Of a stretch of DNA of 64,000 nucleotides, positions 27,501-42,532 are shown in pieces (position 1 is the stretch's first letter; every line of letters begins with the position of its first letter). The position numbers and the translations under genes are program-made. Source of the stretch: Vermamoeba vermiformis (taxonomy: Eukaryota); the NCBI GenBank assembly GCA_045837725.1, contig JBEWZL010000030.1, forward strand, positions 186,001-250,000, written 5' to 3'. Below the pieces are notes generated by a model. It was given only the letters and a program-made list of their open reading frames with translations. It did no database searches and was not told the DNA's origin.

Positions 27501-28296
27501 CATTCACACCCTGGGCACGGTAGTGTACGACCGAGCTAACTATCATGCACGCAACTATATCTGGCCCGTGGGCTACAAGAGGTACGTACAGTGCATCAGT
27601 CACTGGCTCTTATATTCTCATCATACTTACTCACCGCTCTGCATAGCACGCGTAAATTGCCGAGCATCAAGAACTCAAAGGTCCAAGTCGTATATACGAG
27701 TGAAATTCTCGATGGTGGTGATAGCCCTGCATTTAAAGTCACCCCTGAAGATGCTCCAGAATCAGCAATGACATTTAATACCGCATCCAGAGTGTGGATG
27801 GAGATGCTGAAGAAGATCAAAAAGAAGAATACTATCTCAGTCTCTGGACCTGAGGTAAGTAACACACGGTGTATATATGCAACACCATACTCACGATATT
27901 TAGATGTATGGATTCAGCGACAACACGATTAAGATGCTGATCCAAGAGTTGCCTGATGCGGAGAAGTGCTCCAGCTACATCTGGCAGGACTTTGAAGGTA
28001 CTACTAAAGCGAGACCAAGTACTGCCAACAGTGGCGATGATCAACCCATGGAGGATGATGACGTCAAGCCTGAGGAGGACCAAGACAAAGACGAGAAGAT
28101 GCAAGACGCGCCTCAACATGACAAGCCAGCAGTGAACATCAAACTGAACGTAAATAAGTCTGCAGACTCTAATAACAATAACGCTGATAATGGCACTCAC
28201 AACTCGCAACCTGTCACCCAAGAGGTGGATGCCGGCTTCAGTGCGGACGATTTTGAATCAGACCAACAATTCCCTGATGTGAGCTTCAATTTATAA
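21522..28296 (+). CDS. CHD6-9 (kismet)-type chromodomain-helicase remodeller with C-terminal FYRN/FYRC domain; 5' exons uncertain
   Basis: Q-rich N-terminus, RG repeat, two chromodomains ([23 protein letters not shown]), [63 protein letters not shown] motifs IWPVGY and VSGPE|MYGF. Confidence 0.92.
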
Positions 28297-28358
28297 ATAC
28301 CACCTCATCATCTGTAATTAATAAAGCACTATTTTTTGTGTTATGAAAGCAGAGACAC

Positions 28359-28381
28359 TTTGCGCGCCTTTTTTTTTCGAA
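28359..28381 (+). promoter_or_regulatory. E2F/CDE-like plus CHR-like element upstream of the TPX2-like gene
   Basis: TTTGCGCGCC (28359-28368) followed by TTCGAA (28376-28381), about 90 bp before the ATG. Confidence 0.3.
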
Positions 28382-28467
28382 ATCACACTTGACCGTTGCA
28401 TAAACGCAAGAGACAGAAACAGCGTTCATTTAGCTAGATAATTGACACACAAGACCATACAAGCACT

Positions 28468-30093
28468 ATGAATAGTCCTGGTGAAGACCTCTCTTTCAGC
28501 GAGACATTCAAAGTTGAGGAAAACCATATTGGTAAGCTGCCTCGATCAGATATTTTGGAACCAGAATTAATTGTAATTGATGATTAATTAAATTAGAGCA
28601 CTACAACCTTCCAAAGGCTGATAGCAGAAAAAGAAAGCGAAGCTTGACAGTGCCTGAATCACCGCGCTTGGCAACCTCGTCGTATGTTCAAATCTCTACT
28701 TTTTTTGCCTTTCTTTTCTTTCGTATTAATGTTACTCTTTATGTGTATAGTCGTATGCGCATTGGTCGCGTAAATACTGAAACTGAAGATCGACCACGAA
28801 AGCGAGCCAAGCTTGCGGACAGCGATGGAGCAGCACACGAGTTGAGCTTGACCATTACTGAGCCATTCAATTTGCTCGTTGATCAACGCGCTCAAATTAA
28901 AGCTTCTATGAAGCGTCAGCGTGAAGAACATGGCTACGAATCTGACAACAAGGGACAAGTGTACGTCCCTCTCTCTGCGCAGATCAAGAAGTGGCAAGAC
29001 AAGACCCCTGAGCGATGGAAACTCAACCCTCGTCCTCGCTCACCACCCTTTCAGCCGCGTTTGACTCAACCTGAGCCGTTTGTATTCCACACTGAACAGC
29101 GTGTGCGCAGTGAGCGGATCAGCCATCGCGGGGAGTCACACGAAGAGCAGCCTGACGAGGACGATGTGTGGCCCAAGCCCCTCACTGAGCCTGTCTCGCC
29201 TCATCTGCGCGTAGATCGTCGAGCACACCGCGAGCACGTAATGGATATGACTGAATATGAACGCCCCGCATTCAACTTCCCACGTTACGTCGCAGTAAGT
29301 GTACAATTGCTAATAGAGTAGCGTGGCTAATCAGTGCCTGCAGCCCAAAGAGTTGACAGTGCCCGAGTCCCCGGCACTGCAGACCAAGATGCGTTGTTCA
29401 TTGCGCGAGTTGATGCGCATGCAACGTCAGCCAGTAGACGACGCACCACCACCCTTCAAGGCACGACCAGTGCCCATGTTTGAAGTGCCTGAGGTGCCGC
29501 CACTGCCCCCTCCACGCCCCCTCACAGAACCAGAACCATTCTTCTTGCGCACTGATCTGCGCGGCGAAGAGATGGCCATGCGACGTGAGATGAAGCGTGA
29601 GGAAGAAGAGCGCGTCAAAAAGAGTCAACAGCAGAGCTTCAAAGCACAGCCCGTGCCCATGGACTCGCCATTCAAGCTTCTGTTGCCCCCGACCCCCAAG
29701 CTGACAGTACCCGAGCCATTCAACTTGCTCAGTGATCAGCGCGGTGCCTTGGCGCAAGAACGATTGAAAGCACGACAAGAGCAAGAGAATTTGCAGCAAC
29801 AAGTGCGTGTCAAGCCATTGGCTATGGCCACTACGCGCAAGATAGTCAAGGCCAAGGCTAAACGACCAGGTCAACCGCTTGCTGACATCACCAATGGACA
29901 AACCCACAGTCGCACACATCTGCTCACTCAAAAGTCCGCGAGCAAGCAATACTTTGATCAGAACGTGCCTGTAACGGCTAGCAAAGCAGTGCACAAGCCC
30001 TTTATGGTATTCCCATCTGTTCAACCACTCACTGAGCCGATTTCTCCTGCTCTTCATACCAAGCGTTCAAGGCGTCTTAACCGCGACTTGTAA
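28468..30093 (+). CDS. TPX2: TPX2-like microtubule-associated protein (multi-exon)
   Basis: Repeated LTxPxSPxL / LTxPEPFxL motifs (at least 8) and FKARPVP / FKAQPVP motifs, typical of the TPX2 family. Confidence 0.75.
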
Positions 30094-30431
30094 TCGCCAC
30101 TGTTAATAGAATCCTTGTAAAATAGTCAAGCCTGCAATTTTAAGTAATTGTAAAGCACAGTAAATACTTTTAATAACAGCCGAAGTCCGTGATGTGTACT
30201 GGCGTTTTGGTGCCTCGTCAGGAGATATGACCTCCAAATTTTGGCCATATGCCCAAAAATATAACCGACACCACTTTTTAGGGCCTGGTAATTTTCTCTT
30301 GTAAGCCTAGAAGCTGCCTCGTGACCACAATATACATCAATTAGCACACATAATTGAAAACTCATTCACATACAGTGGTTGGAAGAGTGCTAGTATTCAC
30401 ATCAACGAAATATAAAAATTAACAATTTAAA

Positions 30432-32481
<2,050 letters not shown>

Positions 32482-32835
32482 TGCGCCCAAATACACAACA
32501 ACACCCTCAACTACCCTTCAAGCACCCCTATTCTCAGCCTATTTAATACCAGCCTAATCAACTTTTAAGACTCTGTTGAATGCAATGCAACAGCTGTCAC
32601 GTCATATAACAGTTCTCTTATATGCCCCTCCTTTATTGTAATATGTATAATAACACCCTCCCATAGTACTCAATCGATTGTATGTTCAACTTTTTTAAAC
32701 CGAAAGACAGAGTCATTAATGCGGTAATTCCTATTTAATCAATAAACGAATGTTATTGTTTAGATCATGGCTAAATACGCTCAAGGCAGCAGGCTCTATT
32801 CAGTCGAGAGACTATCCTGCACTGAACACGCAGCA

Positions 32836-34208
32836 ATGGTAATGAAAACTCGTGTGGATTTGGCATGGACATAAAAACCACGCGCGTCCTCTGAACATTC
32901 CAATCATTTATTTTGCAACGCACACACTACACACAGTGATGTTGTTCGTTAATAACAAGTCCTCAGCTAAGAAGCCGGAAAGTAAGCGAAGCGTCGGTTG
33001 ATTAATAACCTCCAGTCAATATTCATACTTTGAACTGCAGATACGGCATTTAAACAGCAACGATTAAAGGCGTGGCAACCATTATTGACACCTGGACCTG
33101 TAATCATCTCTTTCTTCGTCATTGGTATTGTTTTTATTCCGATCGGAGCGGTATTGTACACCTTCTCGAATAATGTAAGTGCTCACGTAATATACAACGT
33201 AATTAATTATCTACATAATTACTAAGTGCAGCCGAGCCAATAATAATTTCCATTTCTAATTTTCAAAAATTATTATTTTCAGCTTTATGACAATGCGATA
33301 CGCTATGATGACTTGTGCAACAATACAGTCAACTGCGAGGTCACATTTGAGAACCTCGATTTGAAAGCACCGATCTACATGTACTACAAGCTCGACAATT
33401 TCTATCAAAATCATCGCAGGTACGGTCACCACTGACACGTGACTAGGACAGGGATTAATATACATGTACTCGCTAGATATACGCGCTCACGCAATGACAA
33501 CCAGCTCGCAGGAGTGGTGGTGCAGAATGTCTCTGCGCTCACTGACTGCGAGCCTCGTGCCTCGGTGAATGGCTCGTCAGATGTGAACGACTTTTATCTG
33601 CCCTGCGGTCTCATTGCTTGGTCGCAGTTCAACGACTCATTCGTGCTGCGCGCTGACACCGACAATAGCACTGTGGCGCTGCGCAAGAAGGGTATCGCGT
33701 GGAACTCAGATCTGACCACGCGCTTCAAGAACCCCCCCGCCAACACCCCAGGTGTGCGCGTGGTTGCGGACTTCCAAGACGAGGACTTTGTGGTGTGGAT
33801 GCGCACTGCTGGCATGCCCAACTTCCGCAAGCTGTATCGCATCATCGACCAAGACCTCAAGGGAAATTTCACCGTGTCCATTCGCAACAGTAAGTGACAC
33901 CTGTCTAATTCGAGAGTGCGCTAATGACACGTGTCAAATAACAGACTTCCCTGTGCGCGAGTTCGACGGTGCCAAGTACGTGGTGTTGGCGCAAGTGTCG
34001 TGGATGGGCGGCAAGAATCCGTTCTTGGGCATTGCGTATCTGGTGGTGGGCGGTGTGTGCTTCGTGCTGGGCATTGTCTTCTTGATTGTGCACCTCGTCT
34101 CTGGCCGGTACGTCGTTTGTTCTGCGCCTATTATTGTAATTATTATTGACCTTCTATTCCACTAGCAAATTGGGTGACACTAGCTACTTGAACTGGCAAC
34201 GAAACTGA
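32836..34208 (+). CDS. CDC50: CDC50/LEM3 P4-ATPase beta subunit (multi-exon)
   Basis: [78 protein letters not shown]. Confidence 0.95.
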
Positions 34209-34328
34209 GGCTAGATCTGCTATTTGTACATAAACAACGTTGTATTTAATTCATTAAAGCTACTCTATTAGAGCTCTAAGTCTAATGTCATTTATTATGC
34301 GCTGATAATAATAACACGGCGAGTGGTC

Positions 34329-35619
34329 TTAGTGGTCGAAGGCATTGAGAATGTTCTTGCGCTTGGTGAACTCGTCGAGCTTCTCGTCCTTCAAGGCACT
34401 GGTCAACATGCGAGCAATGCGTTGGCTCTCAGTCTTCACGAAGTCCTTGCCCTTCTCAGCGGCGGTCTTCATCACCTTGACGTAGTACGCAGCGTCCGTC
34501 TTCAAAGTCTCTTCCACGGCAGCGAGAGCAGCTTCAGCCTTGGTGACAACGGCAGCGAGGTCACCTTGAGCGGCAGCAACGAACTCCTTGGCGAGGGCGT
34601 CGAGTGCTTCAACACGACCAGCCAGCTCGCTCAAACGACCCTCTTCAGTGCGTTGAGTGCCCGTCTTTTCGTTCAAATAGGCCACAAAGTCCTTCAATTC
34701 ACGACCAGACTCGTACTTGACGCCAGCCTTGTCGCTCTTGGGGAAGAAGATGAGGGTGGGATAGCCAGTCACGCCGTACTTGGTCGCGAGTTCCTTGTGC
34801 TTGTCCGCATCGACCTTGGCAATGACAACGTGCGAGTCAGGCTTGTAGACATTGGCCAATTTGTCGTAGATGGGAGCGAGGTTCTTGCAGTGACCGCACC
34901 AGGGGGCATAGAACTCAACGAGCACGTCCTTGGAGCTGTCGAGCACGATCTGATCGAAGTTGTCGGGAGTCAAGACAACAACGTTGGAGGGAGGAGTGGA
35001 CAACTTGACACGAGTGCCAGCCTTGCTGTTGATGAAGTTGATAATGTCATCGGGATCACGACCTCCGCTGTATCTAAAGGCAACACAGATTTAGATTGAC
35101 TCTCAGAAAATAATAATATTCTATTTCAGCGCAATTTGAGAAGTGAACAATAATGCAACATGCATGTATCTATGGTACATACTCTTCAGGGGTAGTCGAA
35201 CCCTTGGGGAAGAACTTCAAAGTAGGGAAGCCCTTGACGCCAAATCTGCCTCCAAGATCTTTGTGTTGGTCTGCGTCGACCTTGGCAATGACAACATCAC
35301 CAATCTTGCTGAAGGCATCACTGACCTTTTCGTAGTCCTATTTATCCAGACGTTAATAATTGAAAATATTTTCAGTAAATCTTGATACTTACAGCAGCCA
35401 TTCGTTTGCAGTGACCGCACCCTGCAAAATATTATATCAATATTACTAATATTAAGTACAGCATTAGAAGTACGTACAAGGTGCGTAGAACTTGACGAAG
35501 ACGTTCTTTGAGCCGTCGACAACCGAATCGAAGTCATCAGGAGTGAGCTCCTTAACTGCAGCGACGTAGCATACAGCAGCGGCGAGGACGCAAGCAACGA
35601 GTAAGAGTTGTGGTCTCAT
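34329..35619 (-). CDS. Protein disulfide isomerase, a-a'-D type (two CGHC domains plus ERp29-like C-terminal domain, no KDEL)
   Basis: Signal peptide; two FYAPWCGHCK motifs; helical tail GRVEALDALAKEF...YYVKVM...ESQRIARML...NILNAFDH. Confidence 0.93.
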
Positions 35620-36008
35620 TGTGTGTTTTGGAAAGATAACAATTCACCCACAAATTTTTTGTTTTTGTGTTGTTTGGATGCCACGTCACGCGTGTAGATC
35701 TAGAAGGCCGCGGAGAAACGCATTAGAGGCAATATAAGGTAGCGTGCTTACTGCGATCATTGTAGCGAGGTAATTGAACAACGCCCAACCACTTACTTGG
35801 ACCTTAATACGTTGATTCACCGCACTGATGATAATAATAAGGATGTATGAGTTGTTAGTACATTGATGTAGATTATAATATATTATAGACCAACTGATTG
35901 ATTCGGAACAAAGCGAGAAACTTTTTGATGAAATCTCACGCCACGGGACTGCACGTCTTTTTTTTGTGTAATCATCATATTATAATACAATAGTTGATCG
36001 TAACAGCC

Positions 36009-36272
36009 ATGGCTGAGGCACTGCAGATCTACAAACAACTGCTGCGCGGTGCTCGTCGCTTCAAGAGCTACAACTACCGCGAGTACGTGAAGCGCCGCAC
36101 GATCGAAGAGTTCAAGCAGCACCAACACGAGACTAGGCCTGATATTATAGCACAGTTGTTGAGCAAGGCCAAGCAACAGAATGAGATTGTGCAGCGACAG
36201 TCCTTGATCAACTCACTCTACACGCAAACTGAGACTGTGTTGGAGGTCATGAAGCGCATGAAGCACGTGTAA
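36009..36272 (+). CDS. LYRM4: LYR-motif protein 4 / ISD11 (Fe-S assembly)
   Basis: ALQIYKQLLRGARRFKSYNYREYVKRRTIEEF...QRQSLINSLY. Confidence 0.9.
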   Translation: MAEALQIYKQLLRGARRFKSYNYREYVKRRTIEEFKQHQHETRPDIIAQLLSKAKQQNEIVQRQSLINSLYTQTETVLEVMKRMKHV

Positions 36273-36557
36273 TATAATAATAATAATCATTGAATATTGT
36301 TCAGTAATGTGATATATAAATTAATTTGGTATTAGTGCATGTATTTTGAAGGTGACGTCCAATGATTTTGTTATTATTTTTGCTCAGTGTATTTTGCTAG
36401 AGGTATTAATAGGCAGCCTAATGGTGTACACATATTCATTTTGTAATTTACACAATGAGCGGATCCACTGACCTAGATCCGCGACCTTTATCTACAATTC
36501 TTGCCAGTACAATCCTTGCTGTGACACTAGTATTGTTATATACAATGAATACAGTGT

Positions 36558-37056
36558 TCATTTGTCGTGCTTGGAGCCTCCCAGACAATTCGGGGTGTCG
36601 TGTATCTGCTGCGCGTTGTACTTGGATGTGGGCAGTGTGGTGATGGACAGTGCGTGCAGTCCTTGCTGCAGTTCAGTCTTGAGTGTAGCATTGACGAGCT
36701 GGTGTTGTTGCAGCAGTGACTTGCCTTCAAACTTGTCTGACACGATCAGGACCTGTTACGCGCCATAATTAATAGGGGCAATATTAATACAGCAATATTG
36801 CATTAAATATGGTGGCAATAAATCGATAATTAATCGGTGACAATAATAACACGAGATCGGTTACCTTGAAGTGAGTCTCAGAGCCCTTAGGTACGCTGTG
36901 CTTGTAGCTTTCATTCACGAGTTCATAATGTACTGGCTGCAGATCGGATTCGAGTCGTGTGCGAATACGCTGTTCCATGCTCGAAGCGTGGGTAGTGCGC
37001 TGTGTGGAGTAGTGACGGGTCTTAGTGAGTGTCGCGGTGATAATACGACGGAACAT
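36558..37056 (-). CDS. Mitochondrial BolA-family protein (BOLA1-like), 2 exons
   Basis: Presequence; LVNESYKHSVPKGSETHFKV...VSDKFEGKSLLQQHQLV...GLHALSI. Confidence 0.92.
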
Positions 37057-37142
37057 ATAGCGCTATAGAGATATACAGTGCACTGGTGGTGTTCACTGCT
37101 ATTTGAATTAAATACTGCACGATACGAACACAGATCTGCATC

Positions 37143-37721
37143 ATGAGCCTGCGCTATTTCACCGCTGTGGGCAAAGTGCAACAAGTCATGTTCAGACAGG
37201 TACTTATTAATGCAGTAATGTCAAGTCGTATGAAATAGGCCTAGACAATCAAATTTGAAAATATTTCAAAAATAATGCCTAAAATCAATGCAATATTCAT
37301 CGGCACTACTAACATGCTCGTCATCATAGACACTGATTCGAGCGGCACAAAAGAGAGGTAAGTCCCTCGCATAGTACACTACTGCGTACTGACAGCTCTC
37401 TGATGCAGCACTGCGCGCGGGGGCATCGAACGACAAGCAAGACAAAGAGCTGGTACACTTCACCATGAGCGGTGAGCAGAGCAAGATTGACGAGATTATT
37501 GCATTCATGAAGAGCGGCAAGGAATTGAATTCGTGGGGGGCAAAGGTGCGTGTGCTACACGTCACAGCAATGCATTTCCTTATTTGGCAATACTAACTTG
37601 TTACAATCAGGCCCGCGATGTGCAGGAACACACGACAGGCAAGGCAATAGAAGCCCACAAAGTGACGACGGAGAATGTGGATCAGTTCAACTGGTCCAAA
37701 GACGTCACCTTCTATATTTAG
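37143..37721 (+). CDS. Acylphosphatase-like small protein, 4 exons
   Basis: The spliced product MSLRYFTAVGKVQQVMFRQTLIRAAQKR.LRAGASND...LNSWGAK...VDQFNWSKDVTFYI carries the GxVQxVxFR motif. Confidence 0.75.
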
Positions 37722-37899
37722 TTAGCTATCTAGATTTAACGTTTCCTATAGTGTACATATATATGAGGACATGTGAAATACAGAGGTTTAATATTAAACT
37801 AATAAATAATACAAGAGACAGCCAATCGCGTGGTGTCTATTCTAAGAACAAAGAGCTTAGAGGACCATGTAAGGTATCTTCTAATAGGCATCAAGGGTG

Positions 37900-40144
37900 C
37901 TAGAACATTGGTGGCATGCCGCCACGCATACCAGCACCACCGCCACCCTTGGGTTGCGTGAGGTTGGGTCCTGATCGGTCATTGGTCTGTGCTTTCTTCA
38001 ATCCTCCCTTCTTAAAGCTATCGAGAATATTAGTACATTGATCGACATAATTGTCATTAAGCCAATTCCATACTTGTGAATGGAACTGAGCAGTGCATTG
38101 CGCTCTCCACCTCCACTGTGGTGATCATCGTCGTCATCGTCTTTGGCCTTGGACTTCTTTGATGAAGACGAGACTGGTGGTGGAGGAGGAGGTCCTGGGG
38201 CCTGCATACCATGTGTCTGTCAGCATCTGTCGTGTCACGTGTCAATTTGAACGTACCTTGGGCGCGGGAGGAGGAGGTGGCGGTGCACCACCGGCGCTCT
38301 TCGGGATGGAAGGCGGGGTCGGAGGACCACCAGCAGCCTTCGGAGGCATGGAGGGCACGCGATTCATCGGGGGCGGAGGTGGTGTGTTCATCGGTGGGGG
38401 CGGGGCTGCTTTGACGTTTGGTGGGGGTGGCGCGTACTTTGGAGGACTCGGACTCATCTGCTGACTCGCGCGGGGAGTGACCTTCGGGGCATTGAATGTC
38501 GGGGGCGGGGGATTGTTCATCGGTGGTGGGGGTGCCATTTTTTTCACGGGCGGAGGTGGCGGCATGGAGTTCGGGGGCATGGACTCGCGCGGGGTGCGGG
38601 GAGAGAATGAAGGTGGGCCTGAGGGGGGACCAGTCTTCTTGACGGGGGGTGGAGGAGGGGAGCTCATGGGTGGTGGGGGAGGCATGTTCATCGGTGGGGG
38701 TGGGACATCGTCAGGGGCCTCGTAGTAGTCAGTGCTCGCGTAGTCGTTGGAGTGGCCGTTCGAATAGTCGCCGCTGTCGTAGGACGAGCTGGGCTGTTCG
38801 TAGGCATCGTATGAACCACCGCTGCCTGGGGGTGGGGGCGGCAGATCAGAGGGCGGGGCGAATTCATTGACACCGCCGCGCTGCATCATCTGAATGCGCT
38901 GATCGGTCGTGTTGGCGAGCTGCACTGAAGCACTCTCAGCTGTGGTGAGCTGCATCAGACCTCCTTGCGTGGTGAACTTCTTCAGCAGCTCGTCGGGCAA
39001 CACTTCAGCCGTGGCAACAGTAGCATTCCACTGTGGCAGCAGAGTGTCGTAGGTGCTGATCGTGTGCGCGAGATCGAGTTCCGCTTGACTCACTTTGCAG
39101 CAGTGACTCAACAGCTCGCAGAATCGTTTGCGCTCCAACAAGAAGACGCGCTTCAAACTGTCGCTCTTCCAGTTGTCGAGCTCGGTGATTTTGTTCTTGA
39201 ACTGCGACATGACCTGCAAATAATTACCTTATTTAGTAATGCGACGCACAACAGCAAAGACTGCACGTACAGTCATCAAGTCGTCGTTGTTGCCCTTCTT
39301 GCCAACTTTCTTCGTCTGTGCCTCAATCTTCTTGAGCTGCGAGCCAATGTTCTCGCTGTTCTTGACGAATTCTTTCTCGAAATTGGCCACGGACTGCTGA
39401 TCTGGCGCCAAACTGTTTTGGATCGGCGTGACCAGCTCAATTTCAATGCAATTCGACTGTAATGACCATTAATATCGCTATCATGACTGCACACCGCGCT
39501 ATATATCACGTACAATAGCCTCTAGCTTTTGATCAATCGCTGCTTGCACGCCACTCAAGCGTGTAATGTTCTCGCCCACATCTCCTTTGTGCAGCGCGCC
39601 AATGGTGTTCAACTGTTCAGTAACTTGCTTGCCTATAGCAGTCACCGCTGTATAATATCATTAGCACGTAGTAATCTCTGTAGTGTTGTTATTGGAGCAG
39701 ATCTGCAGTTGTGATTTTATTTGTCGAAATATCAAAAGATTTGACATTAGGCTAAACGATTTACCTACATTTATCGATAAATAAATATTGAAATTTAACA
39801 ATTGAATTTATAAATTCCTAATAATAACGCCCCAGCGTGTAGTCTTGTCTCGAGATCCAGAAAGCGAAGAAAAGATTTACCTAAGAGTGCTTGACTATAT
39901 TTGTGATATAACTTCGCAAAGTCATCCCAAGGCTTCTTAGCGAGTTTGAGTTTCTGAGAATGAACGGTTAATAATTATTTATTTATCCTTGATCTAAATT
40001 TCGTTTATTAAAATTAAGTTACGAAAAGATTTTATTGAAGTTAAAGACCGTTTTGTACTAATATGAGCCCTATTGTACCTGAGCGACACTGAGAATCAGT
40101 TTACTCTTCTCGTCTTTCTTCAGATCGAGCTCAGGTAACGACAT
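37900..40144 (-). CDS. I-BAR/IMD protein (IBARa-like) with long polyproline region and C-terminal WH2
   Basis: GDVGENITRL...LVTPIQNSLAPDQQSVANFEKEF...LKKIEAQTKKVGKK...LKRVFLLERKRF; WH2 ERNALLSSIHK|FKKGGLKKAQTNDRSGP. Confidence 0.85.
38270..38850 (-). repeat. Polyproline low-complexity coding repeats (PPPPMN / PPPPVKK)
   Basis: G-rich plus strand with repeated GGTGGGGG/GGAGGTGG units; the minus-strand ORF has repeated PPPPM. Confidence 0.8.
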
Positions 40145-40372
40145 TCGTTATTGAATACAGAGCAGTATCTTCTACTTGTTTGCGGTGATAAATAAATATA
40201 TAAGCAATGCTATAAATAAATAGAAAAGTGCCAGTAATGAATAACAGTCGAGTTCTGGTGCTCCGATCTCGTGCTGGTGTTCGAAATGGAATTGACAGCG
40301 CAGCACTGACATTAAGAGCACTCACACGACGAGGTGAACCACACTATACGATCAATAAGGTTAAATAACACT

Positions 40373-42358
40373 ATGGAAGACAAGATTAGCAAGCTGGCGA
40401 GTGCGATCGAAGAGCTCAAGCAGTGGAAAGAAACAGATTTCAGTTTGAGTCCTGCAGCCAAGCAAGATGAGCTTAAGAATAGGACAGTGCCTATTAATGC
40501 CGAACTAGATCAGTTATTGCAGCTAGGTAAGTCTTTGTGAACTCGATCCCGCCCAAATAATTTTAAATTTAATTAGCTTAATTCAAATTAATTCAAATAC
40601 TCTGCGCATAAGTACGCTACTATTTGATATGTCCCTTATAATGCTATTCAATGGTCTCACTGCCACTCAGAGCTGAACACAGCCACGCGAGCCACAGTGC
40701 TGCAACACAAAGGTAACTGACCAGTCACGTGCTGTCTGACTGTAATTACACTGCAATTGTTTGCTCACTCATTGCAGGGGTGCTGCTCTCGTTCACTGAA
40801 TTCAAGGCCGCGGAGAATTGTTTGACCAAAGCAGTACGTCATGAGTTCCTTATTTGGACACGTACTCACTTCATTTGCAGATCAAGCTCGAGCCACGTGC
40901 CTGGCATGGATGGTTGGCCCTGGGCGAAGTGTTCTGGTCGACACGTGACTTTGACAGCGCGAAGAACTGTTTCGATCACGTGCGTGTCAAAAGTGTCATT
41001 CGGTGACCGCGACTGACTTGCCTAATTAGGTCATTGAACACCGCGCAGAGGTGCCAGTGCCACTTGTCGTTCGTGCCCTGCGACAGCTGTCAATGGTGCT
41101 GCGACAGCTCGGTGACACGGGTGAGTATGCAGTCGATTACCATATTAGGCAAGTCAGCTGACAGCAATTACCTGCAGAGACAGTGCGACGCAAGAATGCG
41201 ACTGAAGCAGTGACACGTGCCAATGAAGCGGTGGCACTCGATGTGCGCGATGGAACCTCGTGGTGTAAGTGACGGAGAGCAGTGTTTGACACGTGTCACC
41301 AGAGCTGTCAACTGATGACTGCGACAGATGTGCTCGGCAATGCGCACTTGACACACTTCTTCACGCACACTGGACTGCGCGCCAACACCACTGAACTGCG
41401 TCGAGCCCTCGCTGCGTACCAACAAGCGGTGAGTACTGTGCACTCGAGGGGGGGGACAGTGGCATTATTGGCAGTGTGGCACTACTCGACAGTGTGGCCT
41501 CGCCCTAGTGTCGTCCATGCCACTCTGCAGTGCAAGATTCAGTTTGACACGTGTCATTCGAGTACTAACGCAGTCATTAGGAAGCACGTGTCCAGGGTGA
41601 GACTAAAATCGATCTGTTGTACAACCGCGCAGAGGTGTGTCACGTGCTTTGTGTATCTCGTGCGAGAGATTAACTGATTGCTAAATTAGGTACATCGTTA
41701 TTTGAGCGAGTACGGCAAGGCAGTGGAGGGTTACACACAAGTCAAGGCACTCGATCCTTATTGGGACATGCCCAAATTGAGAATTCAGTCCGTGCTTGAC
41801 ACGTGTCACAAGATTCAGAGCTTTATTGCCCAAAAAGGAAATTTCAAGCCGAAGCGACTGAAAGAATTGAGCGCCAAACTGAGCGAGGGCAATTGTGCGC
41901 TGAAAGATTTGCAGTCTGGAGACAATCCCAGTACGTACTTGCCTTATATGGTCACACTTGCCTAATTTAGTCCGCAGACCGAGTGCTGCAAGTCGTGGTG
42001 CTGGGCTTTGTGCCGAGTGAGACCAACATCCCCTAGTAAGTACCTGCACCTCGCTGCACCCTGACTCACCCTTGCCAGTCACGTGCTCGTACTGGATCCA
42101 GACAGCGAACTCACTGCACTCGCGCTGTACAATGTCGATCCACTCGCCATCAAGTTTGAGGACGTGTTGCTGCTCACTGCGCCGCATCTGTCTACGATAC
42201 AAGTGCCTAACATCGACACTACAGCATCTCCTATTCAGTCCTCGTCGCTCTTGTTGCAATCACCGCTCGATCTGACGATCAACGGGCGACACATCTCAGC
42301 GCGCGAGTTCAGCGCCGCAGAAGTGGTGGTCAATGCTGTACATAGTGCTAAGAAGTAA
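40373..42358 (+). CDS. TTC5: TPR plus OB-fold protein TTC5 (about 10 introns)
   Basis: AENCLTKA|IKLEP...GWLALGEVFW, ALRQLSMVLRQL, AVALDVRDGTSWYVLGNAHLTHFF...ALAAYQQA, DLLYNRAEV...Y..A..GY...ALDP.W; C-terminal OB-like region. Confidence 0.85.
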
Positions 42359-42532
42359 ATATAATGTAGCTGATCGAGCTATTAGCCTTAAATAGCCATT
42401 AGCGCCTTAATTTTATTCGTTTTGTCTGCCACATTTGGTGGACCACAGATCTGGTCCAATTATTTACATATATGCATTATTGGTGGCATACATAATATAC
42501 AACAAGATAATCATTGCTTACAACGAATAAAA

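Noticed and set aside
35825-35897. Possible box C/D snoRNA (CTGATGA...CTGA)
   Set aside because: The C box is imperfect, there is no convincing terminal stem or recognisable guide, and the sequence is AT-rich promoter/UTR DNA.
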